A stretch of DNA of 64,000 bases, taken from assembly GCA_963782055.1 (NCBI GenBank), contig CAWAIF010000003.1:4608001-4672000 (forward strand). Direction: 5' to 3'. The stretch is from an uncultured delta proteobacterium (lineage in GTDB: Bacteria; Myxococcota_A; Polyangia; Polyangiales; Polyangiaceae). Under the pieces are notes generated by a model, which ran no database searches, was not told the DNA's origin, and saw only the letters and a program-made list of their open reading frames with translations. Positions 38,209 through 49,300 of this stretch are shown one piece after another (the first letter of the stretch is position 1; each line of letters begins with the position of its first letter). Made by a program: the position numbers and the translations under genes.

Positions 38209-39267
38209 ATGCGACCCCGCACGATCCTCTCCGCCCTCGCGCTGCTCGCCATCCCGGCCCTCCTCGCCTGCCACGACGACAAGTCGCAGGCGCAGACGCA
38301 GCCGGCGTTCTCCGCCAAGCCCATCCCCAGCGGCCTCGTCTACAACTCCTTCTTCGCCGACAAGAAGGCGGCGGCGGAGGCCGTGGTCGTGTCCCCCGAC
38401 GGCGGGGCGATCGACGCCGGGCCCGCGGCCGCGGGCGCCGCCAAGCTCAACGACCCCGGGTCGGAGCCGCGCACCGCGCTCAGCTACCACTTCGCGCTCG
38501 GCAAGCCGAAGACGGTGGTCGCGACCATCACCGCCTCGGTGGAGGGCAAGGGCATGCGCGGCATGTCGCAGTCGCAGCCTCCCATCCGGATCAGCTTCGC
38601 CGTCACGCCCAAGACGCACAACGTCGCGACACACGTGGTCCACTTCGAGACGAAGGTGACGCACGTGGAGATCGTCGCCGACGAGGGCGGCCTCCCGCCG
38701 GACGTGGCGCAGGTCGCCGGCGCGCTGGACAAGGCCCTCGCGGGGATCGACGGCAGCTTCGACGCCTCGACCGCGGGCGTGATCACCAACGTCAAGTTCA
38801 ACGCCATGAAGATGCCCGCGCAGCTCGAGCAGTTCGCCGACCTGCTGCAGAAGACCTTCGAGCTGCTGATCGTCCCGCTCCCGGCGGAGCCGGTGGGCGT
38901 CGGCGCCAAGTGGACGACCTTCTCCGCCGGACCGGCCAACTCCAAGGACGAGGGGGAGACGGCGACGGTGACACTGCTCTCGCAGAGCGGCGACGCCCTC
39001 AGCGTGAAGATCGACACCGTGCTCGCGACGAGCATCACCCCGCTGGACGACCCGCAGGCCCCGCCAGGCACCACCGTCAAGACCGACGGCAGCACCTCCT
39101 ACGAGATGGACCTGCGCCTGGACGGCATCGCCCAGAAGGGCGACGGACACGAGACGATGACCAAGACGATCACCGTCCCCGGCAAGGGCACGCAGACGAT
39201 CGATCAGAAGATCGCCGAGACGATCGCCACCGTCGCCGGGGCGGCACACGCCACCCCGCCCCACTGA
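38209..39267 (+). CDS. Hypothetical lipoprotein
   Basis: Lipobox LLAC; DPGSEPR..Y and LPAEPVGVGAKW motifs; TTGACC-N17-CAAGGT upstream. Confidence 0.75.
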   Translation: MRPRTILSALALLAIPALLACHDDKSQAQTQPAFSAKPIPSGLVYNSFFADKKAAAEAVVVSPDGGAIDAGPAAAGAAKLNDPGSEPRTALSYHFALGKPKTVVATITASVEGKGMRGMSQSQPPIRISFAVTPKTHNVATHVVHFETKVTHVEIVADEGGLPPDVAQVAGALDKALAGIDGSFDASTAGVITNVKFNAMKMPAQLEQFADLLQKTFELLIVPLPAEPVGVGAKWTTFSAGPANSKDEGETATVTLLSQSGDALSVKIDTVLATSITPLDDPQAPPGTTVKTDGSTSYEMDLRLDGIAQKGDGHETMTKTITVPGKGTQTIDQKIAETIATVAGAAHATPPH

Positions 39268-39279
39268 AGTGTCCCGACT

Positions 39280-39306
39280 CCCCCTCTCCACGAAGTGGAG
39301 AGGGGG
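39280..39306. repeat. Perfect 12-bp hairpin between convergent genes (terminator or REP-like)
   Basis: CCCCCTCTCCAC-GAA-GTGGAGAGGGGG; no U-tract. Confidence 0.7.
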
Positions 39307-39325
39307 CCGGTGAGGGGGGTGAGGC

Positions 39326-40642
<1,317 letters not shown>

Positions 40643-40654
40643 GATGATGTGCTC

Positions 40655-41626
40655 CTACTTGTGCTTGTTCGACGAGGCCGCCCGACGGGCGACCATGACT
40701 TGCCAGCCGAGATGAGAGTCCGGCCCACTACCACGCAACGCACCCGCGAGGGGTGACACCTTGGCGTCCTCGAAGCCCGCGTCCTTCGCGAAGCGGACGA
40801 GCTCCTTCGGCTCGAAGCCGAGCCAGAGGTCGGCCTGATCGCGCATGCGCTCGTCGTCGTGGCGGGCGTAGTCCAGCACCACGAGCGCGGCGCCGGGACG
40901 GCAGAGCTCGGCCAGCTTCTTCACGACCATCGCCGGCTTGGGGGCGTGGTGCAGCACGCGCACGGCGAAGACCGCGTCGGCCTTGTGGCCCGCGGCGCGC
41001 AGGACCTCCGGCGCGTCCAGCTCCCCCCGCACGAGCTGCACGTTGGCAAAGCCCCGGTGCTTCACCCGCGCGCGCGCCATGGCGAGCTGCGCCTCCGAGC
41101 GGTCCACCGCGACCACCCGATCGAACACCGGGGCGAGCACCTCCAGCATCCCGCCGTCGCCCGTGCCGGCGTCCACCGCGAGGCCGCGGCGCGCGAGGAG
41201 CGGGGCGAGGGCGGCGAGGTACGCCCCCAGCTCGGCCGGCGGGCCGCCGAGCTCACCCTTGCCGCGCGGCTTCTCGAAGTACTCGCGGGCCGCCGCGTCG
41301 CGCGCGCGCACCACCTCGGCCAGCCGGGTGGCGCTGCCGTCGGCCTCGGTGAGGGCGCGGCCGCTGCGCAGGGCGTCGGCCACGACGGGATCGCCGTCGT
41401 CGCGCAGGCTCACCAGGCTGCGCGTCCCCTCCTTGCGCAGCACGACCAGCCCGCCCTGCCGCAGCGCCCCCACGTGGCGGGAGACGTTGGGCTGACTCTC
41501 GCCCAGCAGCTCGGCCAGCTCGCCGATGGCGAGCTCTTCCTCGGCCACCAGCGCGAGCAGGCGCAGGCGCACCGGCTCGGAGAGGACCCGGTAGAGCTCC
41601 CAGCGCTGAGGGGCGACGTCCAGCAC
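40655..41626 (-). CDS. ArsR-HTH + SAM-methyltransferase-fold regulator (SahR-like)
   Basis: RLRLLAL..ELAELLGESQPNVSRH; DAGTGDG, VLHHAP, LWLGF; directly upstream of ahcY. Confidence 0.88.
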   Translation of the reverse strand: MLDVAPQRWELYRVLSEPVRLRLLALVAEEELAIGELAELLGESQPNVSRHVGALRQGGLVVLRKEGTRSLVSLRDDGDPVVADALRSGRALTEADGSATRLAEVVRARDAAAREYFEKPRGKGELGGPPAELGAYLAALAPLLARRGLAVDAGTGDGGMLEVLAPVFDRVVAVDRSEAQLAMARARVKHRGFANVQLVRGELDAPEVLRAAGHKADAVFAVRVLHHAPKPAMVVKKLAELCRPGAALVVLDYARHDDERMRDQADLWLGFEPKELVRFAKDAGFEDAKVSPLAGALRGSGPDSHLGWQVMVARRAASSNKHK

Positions 41627-41632
41627 AGGGCA

Positions 41633-41660
41633 TATATACGTCCATGCGGATGAAAGTAAA
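41633..41660 (-). promoter_or_regulatory. Putative promoter with palindromic operator in the spacer
   Basis: Minus strand TTTACT-N16-TATATA-N6-GTG; spacer contains CATCC-GCAT-GGACG. Confidence 0.55.
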
Positions 41661-41701
41661 TAGACGCTCAGGCGGCGCCCGTCTCCCGCAGCAGGCGCGC
41701 C

Positions 41702-42027
41702 ACCGCCTCGTCCAGTGACCGCGCGCTCGTCTTCTGCGCGACGTGGCTCGCGTGCGCGTCCACGGGCAAGCTCTACGCGCTCAAGAGTGGCGCGGTCGGC
41801 TGGCGGCTCCACGCCCTCGACGTCCCCTCGGCACCTCCGTCGCCATCACCGGCGACGTCCCCGCGTCGCCCGCCTCCCCGTGGTCGATGGCCTACGACGC
41901 GCGCGACGGCAACCTCTATGTCGTCGACGTGGTCGACCGCACTCGCAAGCGGCGGGATCGCAGGCGCAAACGCCTTCCAGCGCCAGCAGCTCGCTCCGTG
42001 GCCGTGAGCCGTGGACCGCTCCGTTAG
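41702..42027 (+). pseudogene. Possible remnant of a beta-propeller protein
   Basis: GKLYAL..WRLHALDV then, after a frame change, SMAYDARDGNLYVVD; no clear start. Confidence 0.35.
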
Positions 42028-42095
42028 CCTGCGGGCGGGCTCGGGGTGACATTTTCGGCGTGCCGCTGCGGGCGCGATGAACTAGGTACCCGGCC

Positions 42096-42902
42096 GTGAG
42101 CGAGCGCTTCGCCTTCGGCAAGAACTGGCAGGCCTTCCGCCGCGAGGCGATGGACGACGGGCGCGTCGTGGAGGCGCAGGACGGCCTGGTGCGCCTGCTC
42201 GGGCAGCACGGCGTCGAGGACAGGACCTTCCTCGACATCGGGTCGGGCAGCGGGCTCATGTCCCTCGCCGCCGTCCGCCTCGGGGCCCGGCGCGTGGTGA
42301 GCTTCGACTACGACGCCGACTCCGTCGCCTGCACCGAGGCGCTGCGCCGCGAGCACGCGCCCCAGGCGGCGTGGGAGGTGACGCGCGGCTCGGTGCTCGA
42401 CGAGCCGTTCGTGCGCGGCCTGGGGACCTTCGACGTCGTCTACTCGTGGGGGGTGCTTCACCACACCGGGGACATGTGGCGCGCCATCGAGCTGGCGACG
42501 CTCCCCGTCGCCCCCTCCGGCCGGCTGGTGCTCGCCATCTACAACAAGGTGCGCGGGCACCTCGGCACGCTGGGGTCGGAGTCGTGGCACGCCATCAAGA
42601 AGGCGTACGTCTCCGGCGGGCGCGCGCGGCAAGAGGCCATGGTGGCGGGCTACTTCCTCTGGCGAGTCTCCATCGCCCTGCAGAAGCGCAAGCACCCCCT
42701 GTCGGAGATGCGCGAGCGCAAGGCGCGAGGCATGTCCTTCTTCCACGACACGCGCGACTGGCTGGGCGGCTACCCCTACGAGTACGCGAGCGCGATGGAG
42801 GTGGCCGACTTCCTCACTGCGCGCGGCTTCGCGACCGAGCGCCTCCTCGAGGTCCACCCGGACGGCTGGGGCTGCAACGAATTCGTCCTCACGCGCGACT
42901 AG
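42096..42902 (+). CDS. Class I SAM-dependent methyltransferase (UbiG-like)
   Basis: RFAFGKNW, FLDIGSGSG, FDVVYSWGVLHHTG, DWLGGYPYE. Confidence 0.9.
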   Translation: MSERFAFGKNWQAFRREAMDDGRVVEAQDGLVRLLGQHGVEDRTFLDIGSGSGLMSLAAVRLGARRVVSFDYDADSVACTEALRREHAPQAAWEVTRGSVLDEPFVRGLGTFDVVYSWGVLHHTGDMWRAIELATLPVAPSGRLVLAIYNKVRGHLGTLGSESWHAIKKAYVSGGRARQEAMVAGYFLWRVSIALQKRKHPLSEMRERKARGMSFFHDTRDWLGGYPYEYASAMEVADFLTARGFATERLLEVHPDGWGCNEFVLTRD

Positions 42903-42968
42903 GCGTCCCGCTCTGAGTACAATCTTTTACATCCTCCCGCGCCGGACGGCGGTAACTGTGGCGTTTCA

Positions 42969-44897
42969 ATGACGTCACCTCTGCGTCACGCCCCCGCGGC
43001 CGAGATCGCCGAGGCCCTCGCGGCCCCGCGCGCCGCGGGCGGGTCGCGCCGCCGGCGGGCGTGGTTCCGGGCGCGCCGCGCGGGGGTGTGGGCGCTGCTG
43101 GTGGCGCCGGGGCTGGGCATCGTCACCTTCGACTTCCTGCGACGCCGCACCCAGATCGACCACTTCGACGGCCACGAGATGACGTCGTACCTCGCGTGGG
43201 CAGCCTGCGGCGCCGCGCTCTGGGGCGCGCTCGCCTACCTCGCGATGGCGCGCACCACGGCGATGCGCTGGTGGGCGCGGCTGCTCCTGCTCGCCGGCGC
43301 GGCGCTCGCGGTGGGCGGGCAGGCGTACATCTTCTCCCGCTACCAGGCGTACCTCGATCACCGCGCCGCCCTCGTCGGCACCTCCATGATGCCGAGCGTC
43401 GGCCAGCAGCTGTGGATCGATCGCTACGACTTCGGCGAGACGGTGCTGCCGCCCATCCTCTTCGCCCTCGCGCTCCCGCTGCTCGGCCGCAAGCTGGCCA
43501 GGCGCCGCCGCCGCGCCGCCCTCTTCGCGCTGGACCTGTCCACCGTGATGCTGGTGCTCGCCCTCTTCGGCAACGTCGGGTCCGCGCAGGACGCCCCGCC
43601 GGACGTGCTCTACGTCTCGGCGATGGGGCAGCTCTCCCGCGCGCGCTGGGACCACAACGAGACGGTGGAGCGGGTGCACCCCGGGCCGCGCTCGCCCATC
43701 CCGGTGCCGGCGATCGTCGCGCGGCCGCCGGTGCCGCGCAACGTGCTCTTCGTCGTGACCGAGAGCGTGCGCGCGCAGTCGACGTGCGTCGCCTACGACC
43801 CCGACTGCGCCTACACCCCCTTCTCCAACGAGGCGGCGAAGGACCGCATCCCGCTCACGCAGATGCGCGCGCTGGACTCCACCACCGCCATCTCCCTGGC
43901 GATCATGTGGGGCGGCCACCTGCCCACCGCGTCGCGCAAGGAGCTCCACTCCATGCCGCTGCTCTGGGAGTACGCGAAGGCGGCGGGGCTGCACACCGCG
44001 TACTGGACCTCGCAGAACCTGCTCTTCGGCAACTCCGGCACGTGGATCGCCAGCGTGCCGCTGGACCGCACCATCAACGCGACGGAGCTGGAGCCCGGCG
44101 CGACGATGGAGATCGGCGCCGACGACGGCAAGCTGGTGGACTACGTGCTGGGCGACATCGGCAACCTGCCGGAGCCCTTCACCGCGGTGGTGCACCTGTC
44201 CAACACGCACTTCCCCTACAAGATCGACGAGGCGCACGCGCCCTTCATGCCCCAGAGCATGAGCGGCGGGCCGGACCACGGGCAGCAGCTCCACAACCGC
44301 TACCAGGACGCCATCTACTTGCAGGACATCGCCGTCGGCCGGCTCATCCGCGGCATTCGCTCCAGGCCGGAGGGCGCCCACACGGTCATCTTCTTCGTCT
44401 CCGATCACGGCGAGCAGCTGGGCGAGAAGGGCGGCTACGGCCACACCGGCACGGTGTGGGACCAGGAGATCCGCATCCCGGCGTGGATCGACGCGCCGCC
44501 GGGCACGCTCACCGACGCCGAGCGCGCCCACCTCGAGGCCCTGCGCGACACCCCCCTCACCAGCCTGGACGTGCTCCCCACCCTGCTCGACCTGATGGGC
44601 GTCTACGACGATCCCGCGCTCGCCGCGCTGAAGAAGCCGATGCCCGGCCACAGCCTGTTGCGCGGCGGCTCGCCCGTGGAGACCGAGGTGCCGCTCACCA
44701 ACTGCACCGAGCTCTGGGCGTGCGCCTTCCGCAACTGGGGCGCGATGCGAGGCACCCGCAAGCTCCTCGCCCACCAGGGCGACAGCGCGTGGGGCTGCTA
44801 CGACGTCGCGAGCGATCCCCAGGAGCGGCAGGACCTGGGGGTCGGAGCGTGCGCGGACCTGCTGCCGCTCGCGCAGCGTCGCGGCCGCCCCTTCTGA
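42969..44897 (+). CDS. Membrane-anchored sulfatase-like hydrolase/transferase (LTA synthase/pEtN transferase superfamily)
   Basis: N-terminal TM helices; NVLFVVTESVR, HLSNTHFPY, VSDHGE, DVLPTLLDL. Confidence 0.85.
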   Translation: MTSPLRHAPAAEIAEALAAPRAAGGSRRRRAWFRARRAGVWALLVAPGLGIVTFDFLRRRTQIDHFDGHEMTSYLAWAACGAALWGALAYLAMARTTAMRWWARLLLLAGAALAVGGQAYIFSRYQAYLDHRAALVGTSMMPSVGQQLWIDRYDFGETVLPPILFALALPLLGRKLARRRRRAALFALDLSTVMLVLALFGNVGSAQDAPPDVLYVSAMGQLSRARWDHNETVERVHPGPRSPIPVPAIVARPPVPRNVLFVVTESVRAQSTCVAYDPDCAYTPFSNEAAKDRIPLTQMRALDSTTAISLAIMWGGHLPTASRKELHSMPLLWEYAKAAGLHTAYWTSQNLLFGNSGTWIASVPLDRTINATELEPGATMEIGADDGKLVDYVLGDIGNLPEPFTAVVHLSNTHFPYKIDEAHAPFMPQSMSGGPDHGQQLHNRYQDAIYLQDIAVGRLIRGIRSRPEGAHTVIFFVSDHGEQLGEKGGYGHTGTVWDQEIRIPAWIDAPPGTLTDAERAHLEALRDTPLTSLDVLPTLLDLMGVYDDPALAALKKPMPGHSLLRGGSPVETEVPLTNCTELWACAFRNWGAMRGTRKLLAHQGDSAWGCYDVASDPQERQDLGVGACADLLPLAQRRGRPF

Positions 44898-44959
44898 TCG
44901 CCGAAGCGCGGGCGGTGTGAGGCCGGACATCCGCGGCCGACGTGTGCGATGCTCGCCGC

Positions 44960-45604
44960 ATGCGCGCGCCCGCCCTCCTCGTCGCTCTCGCGCTCGTTGC
45001 CTGTCACTCGCCGGCGAGCTCGTCCTCCGACGCCTCGCCGTCCGCGCCGCCGGCGAGCGCCAGCGCGCCCGCCACGACCGCGCCGCCGGCGTACGACGAG
45101 AGCTGGCTCACCATCGCCTCCAAGAGCAAGGTGGCCGCGGCGGCGACGCGCACACAGGCGCAGAACGCCGTCCGCATGCTCCCGCCCGAGCAGCAGGCGT
45201 CGGTCGACGCCACGCTCAACCACATGGCGAAGGAGCCACCGACCGCGGACGGCATCCGGGACGCCGCGCAGCTGGCGCGGGACGCGCAGGACCAGGCGGC
45301 GGCCGCGGGCTACTCCGGCGCGGGCAAGCCGCCCGCCTACCAGGCGATCGCGCAGGCCGGCTTCCTGGTGCTGCAGGGACTGGTCGTCGCCTCGTGCGAG
45401 GCCCACGGGGACGCCGCCTCGGCGAGGGCCCTGCTCGCCGAGCTCCGCGTGATGCCGCTGCCGCGCGGGGCGAACGCCGGCTCCAGGACCGCCGGCTTCA
45501 TGGTGCGCACCTGGCTGGAGCAGGAGATGAGCGCCACGCTCGACGCGAAGGTCTACGCGAGCGCCAAGGCGAAGGCGCCGTCCCCAAAGCGCAACCCTCC
45601 TTGA
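44960..45604 (+). CDS. Hypothetical lipoprotein
   Basis: Lipobox LVAC, Ser/Ala/Pro linker. Confidence 0.65.
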   Translation: MRAPALLVALALVACHSPASSSSDASPSAPPASASAPATTAPPAYDESWLTIASKSKVAAAATRTQAQNAVRMLPPEQQASVDATLNHMAKEPPTADGIRDAAQLARDAQDQAAAAGYSGAGKPPAYQAIAQAGFLVLQGLVVASCEAHGDAASARALLAELRVMPLPRGANAGSRTAGFMVRTWLEQEMSATLDAKVYASAKAKAPSPKRNPP

Positions 45605-45646
45605 GACGCGAGCGTCCCGGGACGACGTCGCCTTCGTTCACCTCCC

Positions 45647-46201
45647 TCACTTGCACGACGCGGTGGCGGCGCCGGGGGCGCACCCGTTGGCGCACACCAT
45701 CTGCACCGTCGCCTTGCCGCCCGCGCAGTAGAGCAGCACGTCCTTGTCGGCGATACCGTAGCCGGTGAACTGGGAGCCGCAGTAGTAGCCCGTCGCCTTG
45801 CCGGTACACTCGCTGCAACGGTCGGGGTAGCCCGCGGGGAATCCGACGCACCCGGCGTCGCACAGCACGAGCGACGTGCCGCCGTCGACGCAGTGGACCA
45901 GATCGTCCGGCGACGGGGCGAGCCCGTTCAGCCCGTTGTAGCCGCAGTAGAAGCCGTTGAGCTTGCCCTTGCAGAGCGCGCTCACGTCCGGCGTGTCGGC
46001 GTCGAGCACGTCCGGGGTGTCGCCGGCGTCCGCCTTCGCATCGGGGATGGAGACGTCCGGCGCCGCGTCGAGGCACTCGCCCGCCTCGCAGTCCACCAGC
46101 GGCTGATCCACGAAGTCGACGAGCAGCGTGCACGACGGCGCAGCGATCAAAAGGACGCCGGCGGCGAGCAAGCCTCTCGAGCCCCGGAACACGCTGCGCA
46201 C
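45647..46201 (-). CDS. Cys-rich lipoprotein with two G(F/Y)YCG repeats
   Basis: APSC lipobox; CKGKLNGFYCG..C..CDAGC and CTGKATGYYCG..C..CANGC. Confidence 0.75.
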   Translation of the reverse strand: MRSVFRGSRGLLAAGVLLIAAPSCTLLVDFVDQPLVDCEAGECLDAAPDVSIPDAKADAGDTPDVLDADTPDVSALCKGKLNGFYCGYNGLNGLAPSPDDLVHCVDGGTSLVLCDAGCVGFPAGYPDRCSECTGKATGYYCGSQFTGYGIADKDVLLYCAGGKATVQMVCANGCAPGAATASCK

Positions 46202-46379
46202 GAGGGAAGGTTAGCACCACGACCGTGGCGCGCGGGAAGACGCGACGCGGTGCAACAAAACGCTTCCGGAACGCGGCACCTGTGCGACCATCTTCCCCGA
46301 CGATGCATGCCGGAGCGCGTGCACCGCAGAGCGTCCGCGTGCAGCCCCGCACGCAGGTCGGACCTGACCGGAGGCACCC

Positions 46380-49300
46380 ATGGCGCAGCGGCGCGCCGAC
46401 CCCCACAACCCTGCAAAGAAGCCTCCCGCTCCCGCGCCCGACCAGGCCACCGCGCCGCGCATCCCGGCGCCGCCGGACTCTGTCGGCGAGGATCGCTCGT
46501 CCATCGACAAGCTGCTCGCGCTGACGGACGACGGCTGGGACATCGACGAGCAGGTGCGCACGCTGCAGATCGCCTCCGGCGAGCCGCCGTCCAAGACCAT
46601 GAAGGCGCTGCCCTCCCAGGGCATCGTGCTCCCCAGCGCGCAGGAGCTCGCGCCCGCCAAGCCGCCGCCCGTGCCGCAGGCGGGCAAGTCGATACCGCCC
46701 CCGCTCCCTCCGCAGGCCAAGGCCGACAAGCGCGGCAAGGCGCCGCCCCCCGTCCCCTCGAAGGGCAAGCCGCCCAAGCCGCCGCCGCCCGCGCGCAAGC
46801 CGCCGCCGCCCGCGCCGTCGTCGGGGTCGGTGCCGCGCGTCGAGCCCTCCGGACCCAGCCGGCAACGGGCGATGCTCGACCCACTCAGCCCGGAGTCCCT
46901 GGTCGAGCTGCTGCTCGCCCGCGTGCACGCGCTGGAGACCTCTGGCGACAAGGTGGGCCTCGCCCGCGCGCACATCGAGCTGGCGGTCGCGTCGGAGACG
47001 GTGCTCGGCGACGACGGGCGCGCCGTCGGCCACGCGGAGGCCGCCCTGGCGGTGGACCCCTCCCTCGCCGCCGCGCACAACGTCCTGCGGCGCCGCCGCC
47101 ACGGCCGCAACGCCATCGGCGCCATGCTCGAGCATCTGGAGAGCGAGCTCTCCGCCGCGACGGAGGACGCCGCGCGCGTCGAGCTGCTCGTGGAGAAGGC
47201 CCGCCTGCTGGAGGCGAGCGGCGAGCGCGGGGACAAGGCGCGCGCCGCGTGGGAGCAGGCGCTGGCGATCGCGCCCAACCACGCCGCGGGGCTCAAGGGT
47301 CTGGAGGGCGACCTCTTCACCCGCACGCTCACGGGCAAGGGAGAGGCGCAGCTCGAGGCGCTCGAGCGGCTGGCCGCCCACCTGGGCCGCATGGCCGACG
47401 CCTACGGCTCCGACCCGCGCCTGGCGGCGTGGCTCCACGTGGAGCGCGCCGGCATCCTGGAGCACCGGCTGCACCGGCTGGACGCCGCGCGCGCCGCGCT
47501 GGAGCGCGCGGTGGAGCTCGACCCGAGCGTCGGTCCGGTGCGCGACGCCGCCGTGCGCCATGTCGCGGCCCACGACGACGCCTCCGCCCTCGCCGCCCTG
47601 CTGGAGGAAGAGGCCCTGCTGGAGAAGGACCTCGCGCGCGCCACCCGGCTGGAGGTGGACGCCGCGTGCATCGCGAGCGCGCGCCTCGGCGACAAGCCGC
47701 GCGCCATCTCGCTGCTGGAGCGCGCGGCGTCGCGCGCGCCCACGACGGCCAGCACCGACAGGCGCGTCCTCGACGAGCTGCTCGGCCTCTACGAGGGCGC
47801 GGGGGACACCCCCGGCATGATCCGCGTGCGCCGCGCGCGACTGCGCTTCTTCGCCGAGCCCGCGCGCCTGGCGCACGAGTACCGGGTCATCGCCCTGCTG
47901 GAGGAGAAGGAGGGCGACCTGGACGCGGCCGTCGGCGACGTGCAGCGCGCGCTCGCCACCGGCGAGAGCGACGCCACGGTGCTCGAGCTGCTGGACCGCC
48001 TCCTCGCCGCGTCGGACCGCCACGAGCAGCGCGTGGGCATCTGGGTGACGGAGGCCGCGCGCCAGAGCGACGGCCCGAAGCGCGCGCGGGCGCTGCTGCG
48101 CGCCGCGACGATCTCCGAGGAGGTCCTCGGCAAGCGCGGCGACGCCATCCGACACCTGCGCGGGGCGTGGGTCGCGCACCCGGGCGACACCGAGATCCTC
48201 GACGCGCTCTCGCGCCTGCTCTGCCCGCAGCCTTCGGAGCGCGTGGACGGAGAGGCCCGCGCCCTCATCGAGCTCTACGCGCAGGCGGCCGAGCGCGCGC
48301 GCGACGCCACGCGCCGGGTGGCGTACCTGGAGAAGACCGCGCTCCTCTGGGAGGACATGGTGGGCGACCCGCGCCGCGCCGCCAAGGTCTACGAGGAGAT
48401 CCTCGCCATCGAGCCGGACCGCCGCAGCGCGGTGCTGGGCCTGCACCGCACCTCCGCGCGGTGCCGCGACGACAAGACCGCGGCGCGCGCCCTGCTGGAC
48501 GAGGCGCGGCTGGCCGACGACGGCGCCGACGTGCTCTCGCTCAAGACGCGCGCCGCCAACACCATCGCCAAGACCGACCCGGCGCGCGCGCTCGCGCTGG
48601 TCGAGGACGTGCTCGCGCAGGACGCCGATCACGCCGCCGCGCGGGCCCTTGAGACGCGTCTGCACGAGGACGCCGGCCGGTGGGAGCGGGCGGAGGCGTC
48701 GCTGCGCGCACGCATCCGCACCGCGCAGAAGGGGCGCTCTTCCGCCTCCGACATCGTCAGCCTGCACCTGGCGCTGGCCGCCATCCAGTCGGAGCGCCTG
48801 CACGCGACGGACGCCGCGCTCGCCTCGCTGCAGGCGGCGCGCGCGCTCGACCCCTCGCACCCCGTCCCGCCGGAGGAGATCGTGCGGCTGCTGGAGTCGC
48901 ACGCGGACGCGCGCACCTACCGCGGCGCCCTCGCCTCCCTCGCCGAGTCCGCCACGACGCCCGACGATCGCGCGCGCTGGCTGCTGCGCGCGGGCGAGGT
49001 CGACGAGCTGCGACTGCACGACGACGACAGCGCCGCGAGCACCTATACCCGCGCGCTCGCCGAGACCCCCGAGGACGATTCTCATCGGCGACAGGCTCGC
49101 CCGCGTGCTCGCGCGGCGCGCCGCCACCTCGGAGAACGCCGGCAAGACGACACCCTTCGGCGAGCTGTGCGCGGCGCGGCTGCGCGCGCTGGAGCACGCC
49201 CCCACGACCGAGGGCGCGCGCGCCCTCTCCTTCGACGCGGCCGCCCTCCTGCTGGAGATGGGTCAGGACCTCCCGCGCGCCATCTCCTTGCTCGAGTCGG

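Noticed and set aside
40643..42095. SAH or SAM riboswitch upstream of ahcY
   Set aside because: No recognisable consensus; ahcY follows the regulator gene after only 12 bp
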